Positions 11,022 to 21,370 of a stretch of DNA of 64,000 nt are shown here, piece after piece. This stretch comes from an uncultured Bacteroidota bacterium (lineage in GTDB: Bacteria; Bacteroidota; Ignavibacteria; UBA10030), in assembly GCA_963770945.1 (NCBI GenBank), contig CAVYRP010000004.1:23901-87900 (forward strand), in the 5' to 3' direction. The translations under genes and the position numbers were made by a program. Each line of letters begins with the position of its first letter. Position 1 is the first letter of the stretch. Below the pieces are notes generated by a model, which saw only the letters and a list, made by a program, of their open reading frames with translations, searched no databases and was not told where the DNA came from.

Positions 11022-11105
11022 GGAGTTACTGTAGTAACCAACCAACAAGCGGTTACTAATGGTTCTTTTCATCAGGATTCTTGAGTTTTTTTAACTTCGT
11101 TTCTT

Positions 11106-11180
11106 CGGGACGTGGCGCAGCCCGGCTAGCGCACTTGCTTGGGGTGCAAGGGGTCGCGGGTTCAAATCCCGCCGTCCCGA
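11106..11180 (+). tRNA. tRNA-Pro (GGG), CCA not encoded
   Basis: Cloverleaf CGGGACG...CGTCCCG-A, anticodon arm CTTGC-TTGGGGT-GCAAG, T-loop GGTTCAAATCC. Confidence 0.96.
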
Positions 11181-11186
11181 CAAATA

Positions 11187-11228
11187 AAAAGAGTTTGGAA
11201 ATTTTATCCAAGCTCTTTTTCCTTTTTT
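11187..11228 (+). terminator. Terminator after tRNA-Pro
   Basis: AAAAGAGTTTGGA...TCCAAGCTCTTTT hairpin plus T-tract. Confidence 0.7.
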
Positions 11229-11431
11229 GGGAGGTGCCCGCTAAAAAGCAGCGGGATCCTGAGATTGGCAATCTTCAAACGAGCCAAATCCATTATTAGA
11301 TCATCATAATCCTATTTCAATCAAAGAATTGGATCTGGCATTTACTATCAGAGGTAAAACTACTAAGGATATCAGAATTAGTAAAAAATGTGGCAGAACT
11401 TTTCAGCTCTGCCGTTTTATAATTCTTCAAT

Positions 11432-14059
11432 TTACTTTTCAGATAATATTTTATCAGCTCCCAACACTGAAAATAAATAGGCACATGGGGCTGTGATTAT
11501 ATACTCTCTCTCCTGCCACAAATAAGGCCATGTTTTATCTTCAGCCAGATCAGGATTGACTAAATTCACAGCGTTCCAGAATGTGCCTCCCGGTATATAA
11601 CTCCAGTCCGCCCTGTTTGTACCATACGCAATTGTCGGAGAATTAACACCCACACCTGAAACCAGACTGTTGGTAGAGCTGCCCGGTTTGCATCCTAAAA
11701 GATAATTAACAATCGAGAATAAATTATCGGCAGAATAAAGATCCGGCCAGAATTTATGCAAATAGTACGATTGGAAAGCAGTAAACTCTGCATGCGACAT
11801 GGGCGAATTAAACGGGGATTCCGACAGCATTTTTTCGAGTACCGGTTTGAATTCAACTGCCGCTGCATTAACTGAATCTTTGAATTCAGGACAATCGATA
11901 TAATTTAATACTCTTCCTGAGCTCCAGCCTGTAAAAGCAAATGTTTTTTTGGCCTGCGAACTCATTTTGCATAATTCATTTTTATATTCGGATTTTCCGG
12001 TTGTAATTACCAGCTCAATAAGTGTTTCAAGCTTTTGAGATCTCATCCAGAAGTAATCCCTTTTGGTTTTGACATCCTTATTCTTTTGATATAAATCTTC
12101 GGCAGCGTCCAAACACTCTTTTGCCAGTGAGGGATTATAATCCTTTAGAACACGGGAAGCTATGGCAAGACTGCTGGCGCCTATCAATTGCCAATCCGGA
12201 TTTGTTTCCATAAACACAAACCTGTCGTCAAGTTCAGGAACAACCAATTCAATCTGATCAAGATTTAACTCAGGGTCAAAAATGCTGGAATAGCGGTTGG
12301 CTACTTTCTTATACCATAACTCGTTGATTTTTGCAGCTTTTTCAAGAAGATCCTTATCATTGCAGATTTTGTTATCTGTATGAGTCGATGCATCACCCAG
12401 ATGTACATATTGTCTCAACGTGGGTTCAATTATACCGCGGTATAAAACACCCATTTGGCGGTATCCTGATAATACTGCTAAAACTCCATGTTCGACTTGT
12501 TGAAGAATATCGGGTTTTCCATCTGGTTGAAATAATTCTACGTGTCTGTTTTTCTGATCGATATAAGTTACATCATTATTAATACCGAATTCTTCGTAAG
12601 CCAAAGCGAGCGCAATTACCGACTCTGCCTGACTTTCAATTCTCAGGTCATAGTCTCCGGCATCGTGCCATCCCCCGACATTAAGTCCGGGCACATGTTC
12701 AAGCGGTTTAAATTTCGATAATGTCGATGTTTCCTCCTCATTATCGTAGCCGTCGAAGTGACGGATATTCAAAGGAGCCATTAAAGCATCATCAAGATGA
12801 CAGGCGCCATGCCAGACACGGTATTTCTGATTCACCCGCATATGGCACATCTGAACGGGAATAAAATACTCAAGAGTCGGCTGCCATACATTTCGTTTAT
12901 ACACATCTTTATTTATTCTGAATACATTTGTCGTAAAATCACCGTATTTAACTTGATATATACCAGGCTCTTTGATATCTGAAAAATCGAATTTAGAATA
13001 CTGATATCGTAAATACGTACCCCAGGATTTAGGCGCTTGTTCTTTTACAATTTTATGGTCCCCATTACTTTCTAGCTTAAGCAAAGAAACTTTATTAAGG
13101 AGTTTATCGTTTTTATCAAGTTCAATAAAAGCAACTTTAGGCTGATTTGGATGATATCCTACCTGACTTATATGAACAACCGGTTTATCTATCCAGCCGG
13201 CAATTACATTAGGTGATATTTTCCACTGTATTGCTCCTTTTGTAGTTCCCGCAGGGATCAATGAGCGGACAACGAACCATCCATTGTTATGTTGAAGGCT
13301 GCCGTCTAATAACTGCAATTTCGCATTGGGACTTTCAATAACCATCCTTAACAAATCACTTTCCGGAGCGACAACAAGTTTGTTTCCTTCAGCTAACGGC
13401 ATAGGTTCAACTTCTTTATTTGCATTAAAATAAGCCGGCCCGTTTGCCTGCCGCGGAAATATTCCATTGTTCGCATCCATGAAATATGTCTTCCCGTAAA
13501 GGTCCCCGGGGAATAATTCCAAAATGTATCCTACTTTACCTGCCCATTCAGCCGGAAGAGGTTCTTCAAGATCGACTGTTATTGTAAAAGCTTTACCCTC
13601 TGCTTTCACCCTTACGTTATATTTTAATTGTAAATCAGGATAAATAATCGGATTAAAACCTTTGCGCATCCGGCTGCTGTCAGGATAACTGCAAGATATA
13701 CTTATTTCATTATTCAGTGAATCAATAATACGGCCTTGTGCGCTTCCATCCTGCGGACTGACTCCTCTGGATTCGAAGCCGGTACCAAGTTTGGGTATTG
13801 GCTGCCACTGTCCCGGAGTAGCGTTTAGGCGTAGTTCACCGTTTGTTGCAATACGGTTTCCATGCTGAATAATTTCAATGCCGCCCTGATGTCCTTCAGG
13901 AAATGTGTTATTATATACAAGCACGTTAAGACCGGGCATTTCGAAATAACCTGCTTTTCCTAAAACTAATTTATCCTTTTGAGTCTGGGCAAACCCAATA
14001 CTGAAACCTAATAAGATAAATAAAATAATTTTCCTGTAATCTGAAGTAGAACGAATCAT
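11432..14059 (-). CDS. Secreted glycoside hydrolase family 9 with N-terminal extension and Ig-like domain
   Basis: Signal peptide, SQVGYHP Ig-like (CelD_N-type) motif, GGWHDAGDY GH9 motif; GGAGG RBS before ATG 14059. Confidence 0.88.
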   Translation of the reverse strand: MIRSTSDYRKIILFILLGFSIGFAQTQKDKLVLGKAGYFEMPGLNVLVYNNTFPEGHQGGIEIIQHGNRIATNGELRLNATPGQWQPIPKLGTGFESRGVSPQDGSAQGRIIDSLNNEISISCSYPDSSRMRKGFNPIIYPDLQLKYNVRVKAEGKAFTITVDLEEPLPAEWAGKVGYILELFPGDLYGKTYFMDANNGIFPRQANGPAYFNANKEVEPMPLAEGNKLVVAPESDLLRMVIESPNAKLQLLDGSLQHNNGWFVVRSLIPAGTTKGAIQWKISPNVIAGWIDKPVVHISQVGYHPNQPKVAFIELDKNDKLLNKVSLLKLESNGDHKIVKEQAPKSWGTYLRYQYSKFDFSDIKEPGIYQVKYGDFTTNVFRINKDVYKRNVWQPTLEYFIPVQMCHMRVNQKYRVWHGACHLDDALMAPLNIRHFDGYDNEEETSTLSKFKPLEHVPGLNVGGWHDAGDYDLRIESQAESVIALALAYEEFGINNDVTYIDQKNRHVELFQPDGKPDILQQVEHGVLAVLSGYRQMGVLYRGIIEPTLRQYVHLGDASTHTDNKICNDKDLLEKAAKINELWYKKVANRYSSIFDPELNLDQIELVVPELDDRFVFMETNPDWQLIGASSLAIASRVLKDYNPSLAKECLDAAEDLYQKNKDVKTKRDYFWMRSQKLETLIELVITTGKSEYKNELCKMSSQAKKTFAFTGWSSGRVLNYIDCPEFKDSVNAAAVEFKPVLEKMLSESPFNSPMSHAEFTAFQSYYLHKFWPDLYSADNLFSIVNYLLGCKPGSSTNSLVSGVGVNSPTIAYGTNRADWSYIPGGTFWNAVNLVNPDLAEDKTWPYLWQEREYIITAPCAYLFSVLGADKILSEK

Positions 14060-14431
14060 TTTAACCTCCATATCTATTAGAAAGTATAGACAGCAATTCT
14101 TTTATATAAAATACAATTTATTGGTAGAATAAAAAAATGCAATTTGCAATTGAGTCTTTTATGCCTTTTTAATATTCGAGTATAATCAGAACGCTGTTTT
14201 CAACATCAATATTATTTTACTTCTCATTAAATCGGAACATTAAGGAATAATCCGGATCATTGTTAAAATTCGCATGAGATATTTCAATTTTATTCGTACA
14301 TTTATTAAAATAATCAACACCGTGTCTTAGGCAGCAACGGACTTTTATTCACTAATCTCATCGACCATGAAACAATAATTATCGCATAACTGAAATTCTT
14401 TTTTTAAATATTTCACTATGAGGATAATTAT

Positions 14432-16036
14432 ATGTTTCCCCGCATATGCATATCCGGATTGGGATACACTCTCCCGGACGGACACTCTCTATTTAAGAAT
14501 ATCAATTTTAATATTACCGGCGGCAAGACAGGTATTGTTGGTTCCAACGGCTGCGGTAAAACAACTCTATTGAAGATCATCAGCGGCGAACTAAAACCCG
14601 GCGAAGGTTCTATACTTACAAACGGGATTTTCGCAGTCCTAGAACAGGATCAATCCGGATATACCGGGCTAACGATTGCCGAAGTGCTGGGGGTCGATCA
14701 AAAACTGGCCGCACTCCATTCTATATCTGCAGGCAAAGGCAGAGAGGCCGATTTTATCCTGCTTGGCGATGAATGGAATATAGAAGAACACATCCTGTCC
14801 GTTACCTGTAAAGCCGGACTTGAGAGAATTCCTCTTGACCGTCTCTTCGGGCAGCTTAGCGGAGGCGAGGCTGCGCGGCTTCTCTTTGTAAAATGCTTGC
14901 TGCAAAATCCGGATTTCATTATGCTCGATGAACCGACCAATCATCTTGATGGAGCAAGCAGGACACTGTTTTACGACATGGTCGCGAACTACAGAAAAGG
15001 GCTTCTTGTTGTCAGTCACGACAGGCAATTACTCCGTTTGATGGATACCATTATCGAAATTACTCCTGTTGCAGCTAAAACATACGGCGGTAATTATGAT
15101 CTCTATTACAGGCAAAAAATAACTGAACACGATGCTCTTGAGCAACAGATACTGACTGCAGAATTGGGCATTAAGAAAGGACGGCAAATTGCCGCCGCTG
15201 CCGCTGCATCCCGCAAAAAAATTAATGCACGGGCGGAAAAGAATAATGCGAACGGCGGAATTCCTAAAATATTGCTCAATAAACGCAGAGGCAAGGGAGA
15301 AAAAACACTGGCACGTATCGCGGCAGTGCATGAGAAAAAGCTGAACAGGATGCAAAACCATGTTGCTGAATTAAAAGAAAATCTGCCGGCAAATAATCGA
15401 ATTAAAATTGATTTGAACGCAGAGCCGGAATATAAAGGAAGAATTCTTATTAAGGCAGACGATGTGAACTTCGGATATAACGAAACGCTGTTGTGGCGGC
15501 AGAATATTGACTATACTATCTACGTACAGGAACGAATCTCGCTTGCAGGTAATAACGGGAGCGGAAAAAGTACTCTCATTAATCTATTTACAGGTAAACT
15601 TCAACCCGTATCCGGACATATTACATGTAACAATATTCATATCGGCATTATTGATCAGAAGTACGAACTTATAGTTCCCGGTTTAACCGTGCTGGAGAAC
15701 ATGCGGCAGCGTGCCCGTAAGGACATAAAGGAACATGAACTGCGTATCCGGCTGGGCAGGTTTCTGTTTTACAGGGACGAGGTCTTCAAACAGGCAGAAG
15801 TCCTGAGCGGCGGGGAGAAGTGCCGGTTGAGCCTGGCATGTCTGCTCGCAGTCTCGAACGAACCCGATCTTATTATCCTTGACGAACCGACCAATAATCT
15901 TGATCTTGCCGGCATCGAGCAGATGCAGAGTGCCCTGCAGCAATATTCAGGTACACTGCTGGTAATTTCACACGACCGGATATTTTTAGAGAACATCGGC
16001 ATCGATAAAGTTCTGGACTTGAATAAATTTCGATAG
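14432..16036 (+). CDS. ABC-F family ATP-binding protein (ribosome-associated, ARE-like)
   Basis: Two NBDs (GSNGCGKT/LSGGE/LDEPTN; GNNGSGKS/LSGGE/LDEPTN), no TM domain, basic interdomain linker. Confidence 0.92.
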   Translation: MFPRICISGLGYTLPDGHSLFKNINFNITGGKTGIVGSNGCGKTTLLKIISGELKPGEGSILTNGIFAVLEQDQSGYTGLTIAEVLGVDQKLAALHSISAGKGREADFILLGDEWNIEEHILSVTCKAGLERIPLDRLFGQLSGGEAARLLFVKCLLQNPDFIMLDEPTNHLDGASRTLFYDMVANYRKGLLVVSHDRQLLRLMDTIIEITPVAAKTYGGNYDLYYRQKITEHDALEQQILTAELGIKKGRQIAAAAAASRKKINARAEKNNANGGIPKILLNKRRGKGEKTLARIAAVHEKKLNRMQNHVAELKENLPANNRIKIDLNAEPEYKGRILIKADDVNFGYNETLLWRQNIDYTIYVQERISLAGNNGSGKSTLINLFTGKLQPVSGHITCNNIHIGIIDQKYELIVPGLTVLENMRQRARKDIKEHELRIRLGRFLFYRDEVFKQAEVLSGGEKCRLSLACLLAVSNEPDLIILDEPTNNLDLAGIEQMQSALQQYSGTLLVISHDRIFLENIGIDKVLDLNKFR

Positions 16037-16348
16037 AGATCCGTAATACTGATGCAGATTTTTCTTATACAACCTTCTGCTTTTTGAGTTTTTGTTTGAT
16101 TGTAAGAACTGCGCTTGCATCATGTTTTTTAGAAACGTATCTTTGTGTATAAATAGAACATGGGCTTCATTTTTGCCGGCAGGCAGGCATCAGGAAGAAC
16201 ATTTTGGCAGAAAATACTATCCCGGCGATAATTAATTGCCGATGTCCTGCGGCAGATTTGGGAATCATTTCGTAATCAGGTGTGTTTATCTATCAAATAT
16301 AAAGAAGGATCGTCCGGCGGGTTTTACCGATAAAATGATTGATCGAAT

Positions 16349-16747
16349 ATGGAACTGAAATCCAGGAATAAGATTATACTTGTCGGCGATAAGGTTCTTG
16401 TCGCTCCCGATAAAGACAATGAACAGACAGCTCACGGCTTATATCTTCCTCCCGGAGTGAAAGAGAAAGACAAGGTTCAGAGCGGATACGTGGTACGTGT
16501 CGGTCCGGGATATGCTGTACCTAATCCGCAATTTATGGATCAGGAATCCTGGTCCACAACGCCAAAAGATCCTATCAAGTACCTTCCTTTACAGGCCGAA
16601 GAAGGTGATTACGCAATTTTCATCCGCGATGCTGCCATCGAAGTCGAATTCGAAGGTGAAAAATATCTCATTGTTTCGCATTCGTCTATATTGATGCTGC
16701 TGCGCCCCAGCAGCATAGATGAGTTGATCCGTTCCTCGAAACAGTAA
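16349..16747 (+). CDS. groES: Stand-alone GroES/Cpn10-family co-chaperonin
   Basis: GDKVLV, GLYLP, GYVVRVGPG, EFEGEKYLIV; no groEL adjacent. Confidence 0.85.
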   Translation: MELKSRNKIILVGDKVLVAPDKDNEQTAHGLYLPPGVKEKDKVQSGYVVRVGPGYAVPNPQFMDQESWSTTPKDPIKYLPLQAEEGDYAIFIRDAAIEVEFEGEKYLIVSHSSILMLLRPSSIDELIRSSKQ

Positions 16748-16792
16748 TAATACTTATTTTCTTCTTGGTTTTATTATATTTATCAGATTGTT

Positions 16793-17434
16793 ATGGAACT
16801 ACCATCTCTCTTCTCTAAAACTGCCCCCATAGACGCCAATGAACCGGGTTCTCATCCTGCGCTTATCTTCCTGCACGGCCGCGGGACAGACGAGGACGAT
16901 CTTCTCGGATTAACACCGTACTTCGATCCGCATTTTCTTATCGCAAGTGTGCGGGCGCCGTACAGGTTTCAATATGGCGGATACACATGGTTCGATGTGG
17001 ATGAGAAGGGCACAGTAAATATTGACCAGCTTCTTAACAGCCGCGATTCTTTCTTCCGGTGGTTAGACGATTTTCAGCAAAAATATCCCGTTGATTCAAG
17101 CAGGTTATTTCTTTTTGGATTCAGTATGGGAGCGATGATGTCGTTAACAATATCGCTCTCAAGTCCAAAACGCTTTAAAGGTATAATCGCGCACAGCGGT
17201 TTGCTGCCGCAGCATGAACAGCTGACCTATCTATGGAATGATATAGGCGGCCTTTCGTTCTTTATCGCGCATGGCAGCCAGGATCCGATTGTTCCGGTTG
17301 AATTAGGCAGGCAGGCACACGCGCGGCTTGCACAAGCGAATGCCAATGTTCTTTACCGCGAATATCCGATACAGCATGCTATCAGCGATGAAAGTCTTTC
17401 AGACATCTCTATTTGGCTGCAAAAACAAATATAA
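16793..17434 (+). CDS. Phospholipase/carboxylesterase (alpha/beta hydrolase)
   Basis: LHGRG, GFSMG nucleophile, HGSQDPIVP, catalytic His near the C-terminus. Confidence 0.9.
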   Translation: MELPSLFSKTAPIDANEPGSHPALIFLHGRGTDEDDLLGLTPYFDPHFLIASVRAPYRFQYGGYTWFDVDEKGTVNIDQLLNSRDSFFRWLDDFQQKYPVDSSRLFLFGFSMGAMMSLTISLSSPKRFKGIIAHSGLLPQHEQLTYLWNDIGGLSFFIAHGSQDPIVPVELGRQAHARLAQANANVLYREYPIQHAISDESLSDISIWLQKQI

Positions 17435-17453
17435 GCGCCGTCACCTGTAATAT

Positions 17454-17482
17454 TTGACCAAAGGTAAGATTTCCTGTATATT
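17454..17482 (+). promoter_or_regulatory. sigma70-type promoter of the NlpC/P60 gene
   Basis: TTGACC-17bp-TATATT, 9 nt before the ATG. Confidence 0.6.
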
Positions 17483-17491
17483 TCTGGCGCG

Positions 17492-18646
17492 ATGAAAGCA
17501 TACCGCAAGCTTTTTATCATTATAATCTTTCTTATTCCTCTTGCATTAGAAGCAAGACCGGCGAATCAAAGCGTACTCATCAAGCATGTTATTAAATCAA
17601 CCGAACAGCAATACGCATCCGACCGCCGCACAGCGGTCTTCGACATCTATTATCGGCAGACAAAAAAAGGAATCGTAATTTTCGGAGAAGTTGATACTCT
17701 TACGGTAAAAGATACGCTGATCGCTAGATTGCGCAGAAATATAAAAGGAGAAGTAATCGACAGCATTCGCATGCTTCCTGATACGGCGCTGGGCGGCTAT
17801 AGAAACGGGATAGTCATTATCGAAGTAGGCGATATTCTGGATAAACCTCACAAACAGGGAAAACTAACGACACAAGTACTAATGGGTACTGTCGTGGCGT
17901 TATTGAAGAAAGCTGAAGGATATTATTTCATACAAATGCCTGACAGATATCTCGGCTGGATCGACACAGCATCTGTCTCCCCGGCAAACCAGTACGATGT
18001 AGCAGCATGGAATAATATACACAAAGTAATTATCACGGAATTGAAATGTAATATTCGCAAGACGCCTGATTCGTCTTCGGCGCCTCTCTGTAATGTTGTT
18101 GCAGGATGTATTCTAAAAAAAGAAGATCAAAATGACGTATGGACAACAGTGGAGCTTGCCGATGGACGGAAAGGTTTTATACAAAACATCTTTGTGCAGG
18201 ATCTCGATAGTTGGAGAAACAGCCGCAATCTCAGCGGAGACAATCTTGAAAAGACAGCGATTACGCTTTTAGGAATTCGATACATTTGGGGCGGAACGTC
18301 GGTAAAAGGGATGGATTGTTCGGGATTCACTAAGATGGTATATCGATTAAATGGAATGGAATTACACCGCGATGCTGATCAACAAGCTCATCAAGGAATA
18401 ACGATCGATCCTGGAAATAAATTTGAAAAACTCCGGAAGGGCGACCTTCTTTTTTTTCGTTCGAAGAAAAAAAGGAACCAATCCAAATACATTACTCATG
18501 TTGGCCTCTCCTTAGGAAGCGGCTTATTCATCCACAGCAGTATTTCAAAATACGTACGGTTAAGCAGTTTAGATCCGTCGTCTAACTATTTCGAAAAATC
18601 GCTGCTTAAGCGATTCGTACTAGCTCGCAGAATTATTCAAAAATAG
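17492..18646 (+). CDS. SH3 + NlpC/P60 (C40) cell-wall peptidase
   Basis: YIWGGTS..GMDCSGF, THVG, FIHS catalytic triad; signal peptide; two SH3b-like segments. Confidence 0.92.
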   Translation: MKAYRKLFIIIIFLIPLALEARPANQSVLIKHVIKSTEQQYASDRRTAVFDIYYRQTKKGIVIFGEVDTLTVKDTLIARLRRNIKGEVIDSIRMLPDTALGGYRNGIVIIEVGDILDKPHKQGKLTTQVLMGTVVALLKKAEGYYFIQMPDRYLGWIDTASVSPANQYDVAAWNNIHKVIITELKCNIRKTPDSSSAPLCNVVAGCILKKEDQNDVWTTVELADGRKGFIQNIFVQDLDSWRNSRNLSGDNLEKTAITLLGIRYIWGGTSVKGMDCSGFTKMVYRLNGMELHRDADQQAHQGITIDPGNKFEKLRKGDLLFFRSKKKRNQSKYITHVGLSLGSGLFIHSSISKYVRLSSLDPSSNYFEKSLLKRFVLARRIIQK

Positions 18647-18681
18647 TTTAAATAATGTTATATTTTTTTGAAGGAGAAAAG

Positions 18682-19128
18682 ATGATACCGACAGAAAACC
18701 GCCTCCCTATATCGACACACATAAAGTCTCTCATCATGATCCATGCAGGCCTGCTGGTGATCAACGCCTTTGCACATCAAAGAATTGACTTATTCTATTC
18801 CATGGTCCCGTACATGCCGCTTTTGACTTTTTTTGCTCTGGCGCCGCTTATTGCGGCCATGCTTTTATCAACACGTATTGCCCGGCAGGGAGCAGTCGTT
18901 CTACTCGGTATGCTGCCGGCTATCTTAATTTACAATATTGTTTCCCGGTTTACGGCAATACCGATGTTTTTAAATCAAGAACCTTCTTTGACATGGAAAA
19001 TTATATATGAAGGTTCATACGGATTTATGCTGATTTCAGAAGCGGTCTCTTTCTGGCTCATATTAAAATTACTGCAAAATATTCATAGGCAGACAGACTC
19101 ATCGGTCGGGGACGCTTCCAAGTCCTGA
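18682..19128 (+). CDS. Hypothetical 4-TM membrane protein
   Basis: Four hydrophobic segments; GGAG RBS. Confidence 0.7.
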   Translation: MIPTENRLPISTHIKSLIMIHAGLLVINAFAHQRIDLFYSMVPYMPLLTFFALAPLIAAMLLSTRIARQGAVVLLGMLPAILIYNIVSRFTAIPMFLNQEPSLTWKIIYEGSYGFMLISEAVSFWLILKLLQNIHRQTDSSVGDASKS

Positions 19129-19313
19129 TTCATTAGCGCAATGGATTGATTTATTTAATGCTCGGACATAAGCATTATAAGTTTGCATTACTTTTTATAA
19201 GTTATTGGGATAATAAAAATTACCGCATGCAACATCCGTTTTCAAGTTTCGTATCATTTTCTAAGTTCTTTCAGCAAATAGTAATAAAACTCAAATAACA
19301 AAGCGGAGTATAA

Positions 19314-19898
19314 ATGAAATATGTAACTATTTTTCTTCTCGTACTGGCGACTAGTCCCGTCTTTGCACAAGAACAAACATTGATAAATGGAAACATTGAA
19401 AACGGAGGATTCGGCGGACCGTCAGTTAAAATTACAGCTATCAATGGAGAAAATGCCGTACTTGCCGGCGGGCGCGGCGGTTGGATTATTAATCATACTT
19501 TTATTCTAGGCGGGGCGGGTTACGGGCTGGTAACAAATGTAAATGCAAAAAAAACAGATTCCGTCCACCAATACATAGAAATGGGATACGGCGGAGTAGA
19601 ACTGGAGTATATTGCATCGTCAGATGATCTTGTTCATCTTTCCCTGGAACTATTAATCGGCGGCGGCGGTATTAGATTCAAAGACGAAAATAATGACGAT
19701 TTTGAGAACCATCATCCAATGACCGGATTTTTTGTATTAGAGCCCGGTGTCAATGTGAATCTGAACGTAACTTATTTCTTCCGAATTGCCGGTGGTGTAA
19801 GCTACAGGTACATTAGCGGATTACAAAGCCCATTATCGACCAATTCCGACTTGTGCGGGACGTCGGCGGTACTCACATTGAAATTTGGAAAGTTTTAA
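19314..19898 (+). CDS. Probable outer-membrane beta-barrel protein
   Basis: Signal peptide, Gly/aromatic alternating strands, C-terminal Phe. Confidence 0.75.
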   Translation: MKYVTIFLLVLATSPVFAQEQTLINGNIENGGFGGPSVKITAINGENAVLAGGRGGWIINHTFILGGAGYGLVTNVNAKKTDSVHQYIEMGYGGVELEYIASSDDLVHLSLELLIGGGGIRFKDENNDDFENHHPMTGFFVLEPGVNVNLNVTYFFRIAGGVSYRYISGLQSPLSTNSDLCGTSAVLTLKFGKF

Positions 19899-19925
19899 AT
19901 TAGCCTTCCGGAAATACAATGATTC

Positions 19926-19953
19926 AAAAGGCAGGCCGAACACCTGCCTTTTG
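19926..19953 (+). terminator. Intrinsic terminator
   Basis: AAAAGGCAGG-CCGAACA-CCTGCCTTTT. Confidence 0.75.
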
Positions 19954-20074
19954 ATTTGTACAGGGAGCATTAAGATATTGATTCTTACAAAAAAACCTGC
20001 TAACCTTCAGCAATTCAATCGGTAAAACATATACGGGCTCCTGACACGTATATACCATAAGCAATAAAGTCGTT

Positions 20075-21214
20075 ATGGAAGGGACGACCATGAAGAGAAT
20101 GAAAGCAGCAGTTTTATTCCTCGTTATCTGGACACTGACGTCATTTGCACAGCAGCAAGGAACTGAACGATTCGCAAGAATAATCAGTCGTGTGGTCGAA
20201 GCGATGAATAAACATGATTACGCCGGAATCGTACGGGAGTACGATGCGACAATGACGGCTTCATTTCCACTCAATAATACGACTATCTTATTTAAGAATT
20301 ACGAATCTCAATATGGAAACGTAGTCCGTACCGATTCACCGCAGGTTAAAGCAATAGATCAGGCAGTCTGTGTGATTTATTTCGAGCGCGGAGTACAGGA
20401 CTTAACGCTTTATATCAATGATCAAGATAAGATTAAAGGATTTATTTTTACGACTCATGTTGGCGAATCAAAACCGCACAAGAACCAAAACCGGCTGCCT
20501 CAACTGCAACTATTGAATCGAAACCTGTAACTGCACCGGTCACATCTGCGCCATCATCTACGTCAACTACCCCGGCAGCGGCCGCAATATTAAAACAACC
20601 TGTTGCACCCGTTGTAACCGATAAACAAGAGACAGAATTATATCCGCCGTTTAAAGGCACCTGGATCGTTATTGCGGGCGGGCAAATACGTGAAGGGAGC
20701 ATTACAAAGCAACCTATTGCAGCAGAAATTTGCTTATGAATTTTCAGCAAGCGACAAAGACGGATTACGTTATAGGAACGACGGGAAGGCAAATGAAGAT
20801 TATTTCGGGTATGGAAAGGAAGTGCTCGCTCCGGCAAACGGGACGGTTGTAGAGACAATTGATGGAATCCGCGAGAATTTGCCGGGTTTACGCAATCCGT
20901 ACGCACCTATCGGCAACGCGATTATCATTCAGCATTCCAACCACGAGTATTCGGTGCTGTCATTTTTAAAACAGGGAAGTATTCGAGTAAAATTGGGCGA
21001 GAAGGTGATACGCGGGCAGGTGGTAGCACAATGCGGGAATTCAGGTAATGCGACCGAACCTTTGATTCATTTTCACCTGCAAGATTCGCCGTATTTACAA
21101 ACAGCAAAAGGGATTAAATTTTATTTCGAACAGGCAACGGTTACAAAGGAAGGAAAAAAGGAACTCCAGCTTAATTATCTCCCCGGAATTAGCGACACGA
21201 TAAATTTGGAATAA
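20075..21214 (+). CDS. Secreted protein: N-terminal DUF3887-like domain, P/T/A linker, degenerate M23/LytM domain (two frameshifts)
   Basis: ORFs 20075..20530 and 20672..21214 joined by a PAASTAT...TTPAAAA linker in another frame; VLAPANGTV, GNAIII, CGNSGN M23 fold motifs. Confidence 0.8.
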
Positions 21215-21370
21215 GATATCACCATTTGGTCATTTTACAATTGACCAAAAAAGATTCCCGATATTTATCGGCGAAATACTTATATAAAAGAATACACCGA
21301 TAGAGCCATAAATAATGGTAATCGATATTTGTGCTTCATAAGAATTCTTCTGAAGGATTTAAAATTTATT

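Noticed and set aside
11056-11299. ORFs 11056..11271 (-) and 11081..11299 (+)
   Set aside because: Translations of the tRNA-Pro gene (VGTAGFEPAT is the typical antisense tRNA reading)
11106-16100. tRNA-anchored integrative element carrying GH9 and ABC-F
   Set aside because: No integrase and no duplicated tRNA 3' end (att site) found by eye
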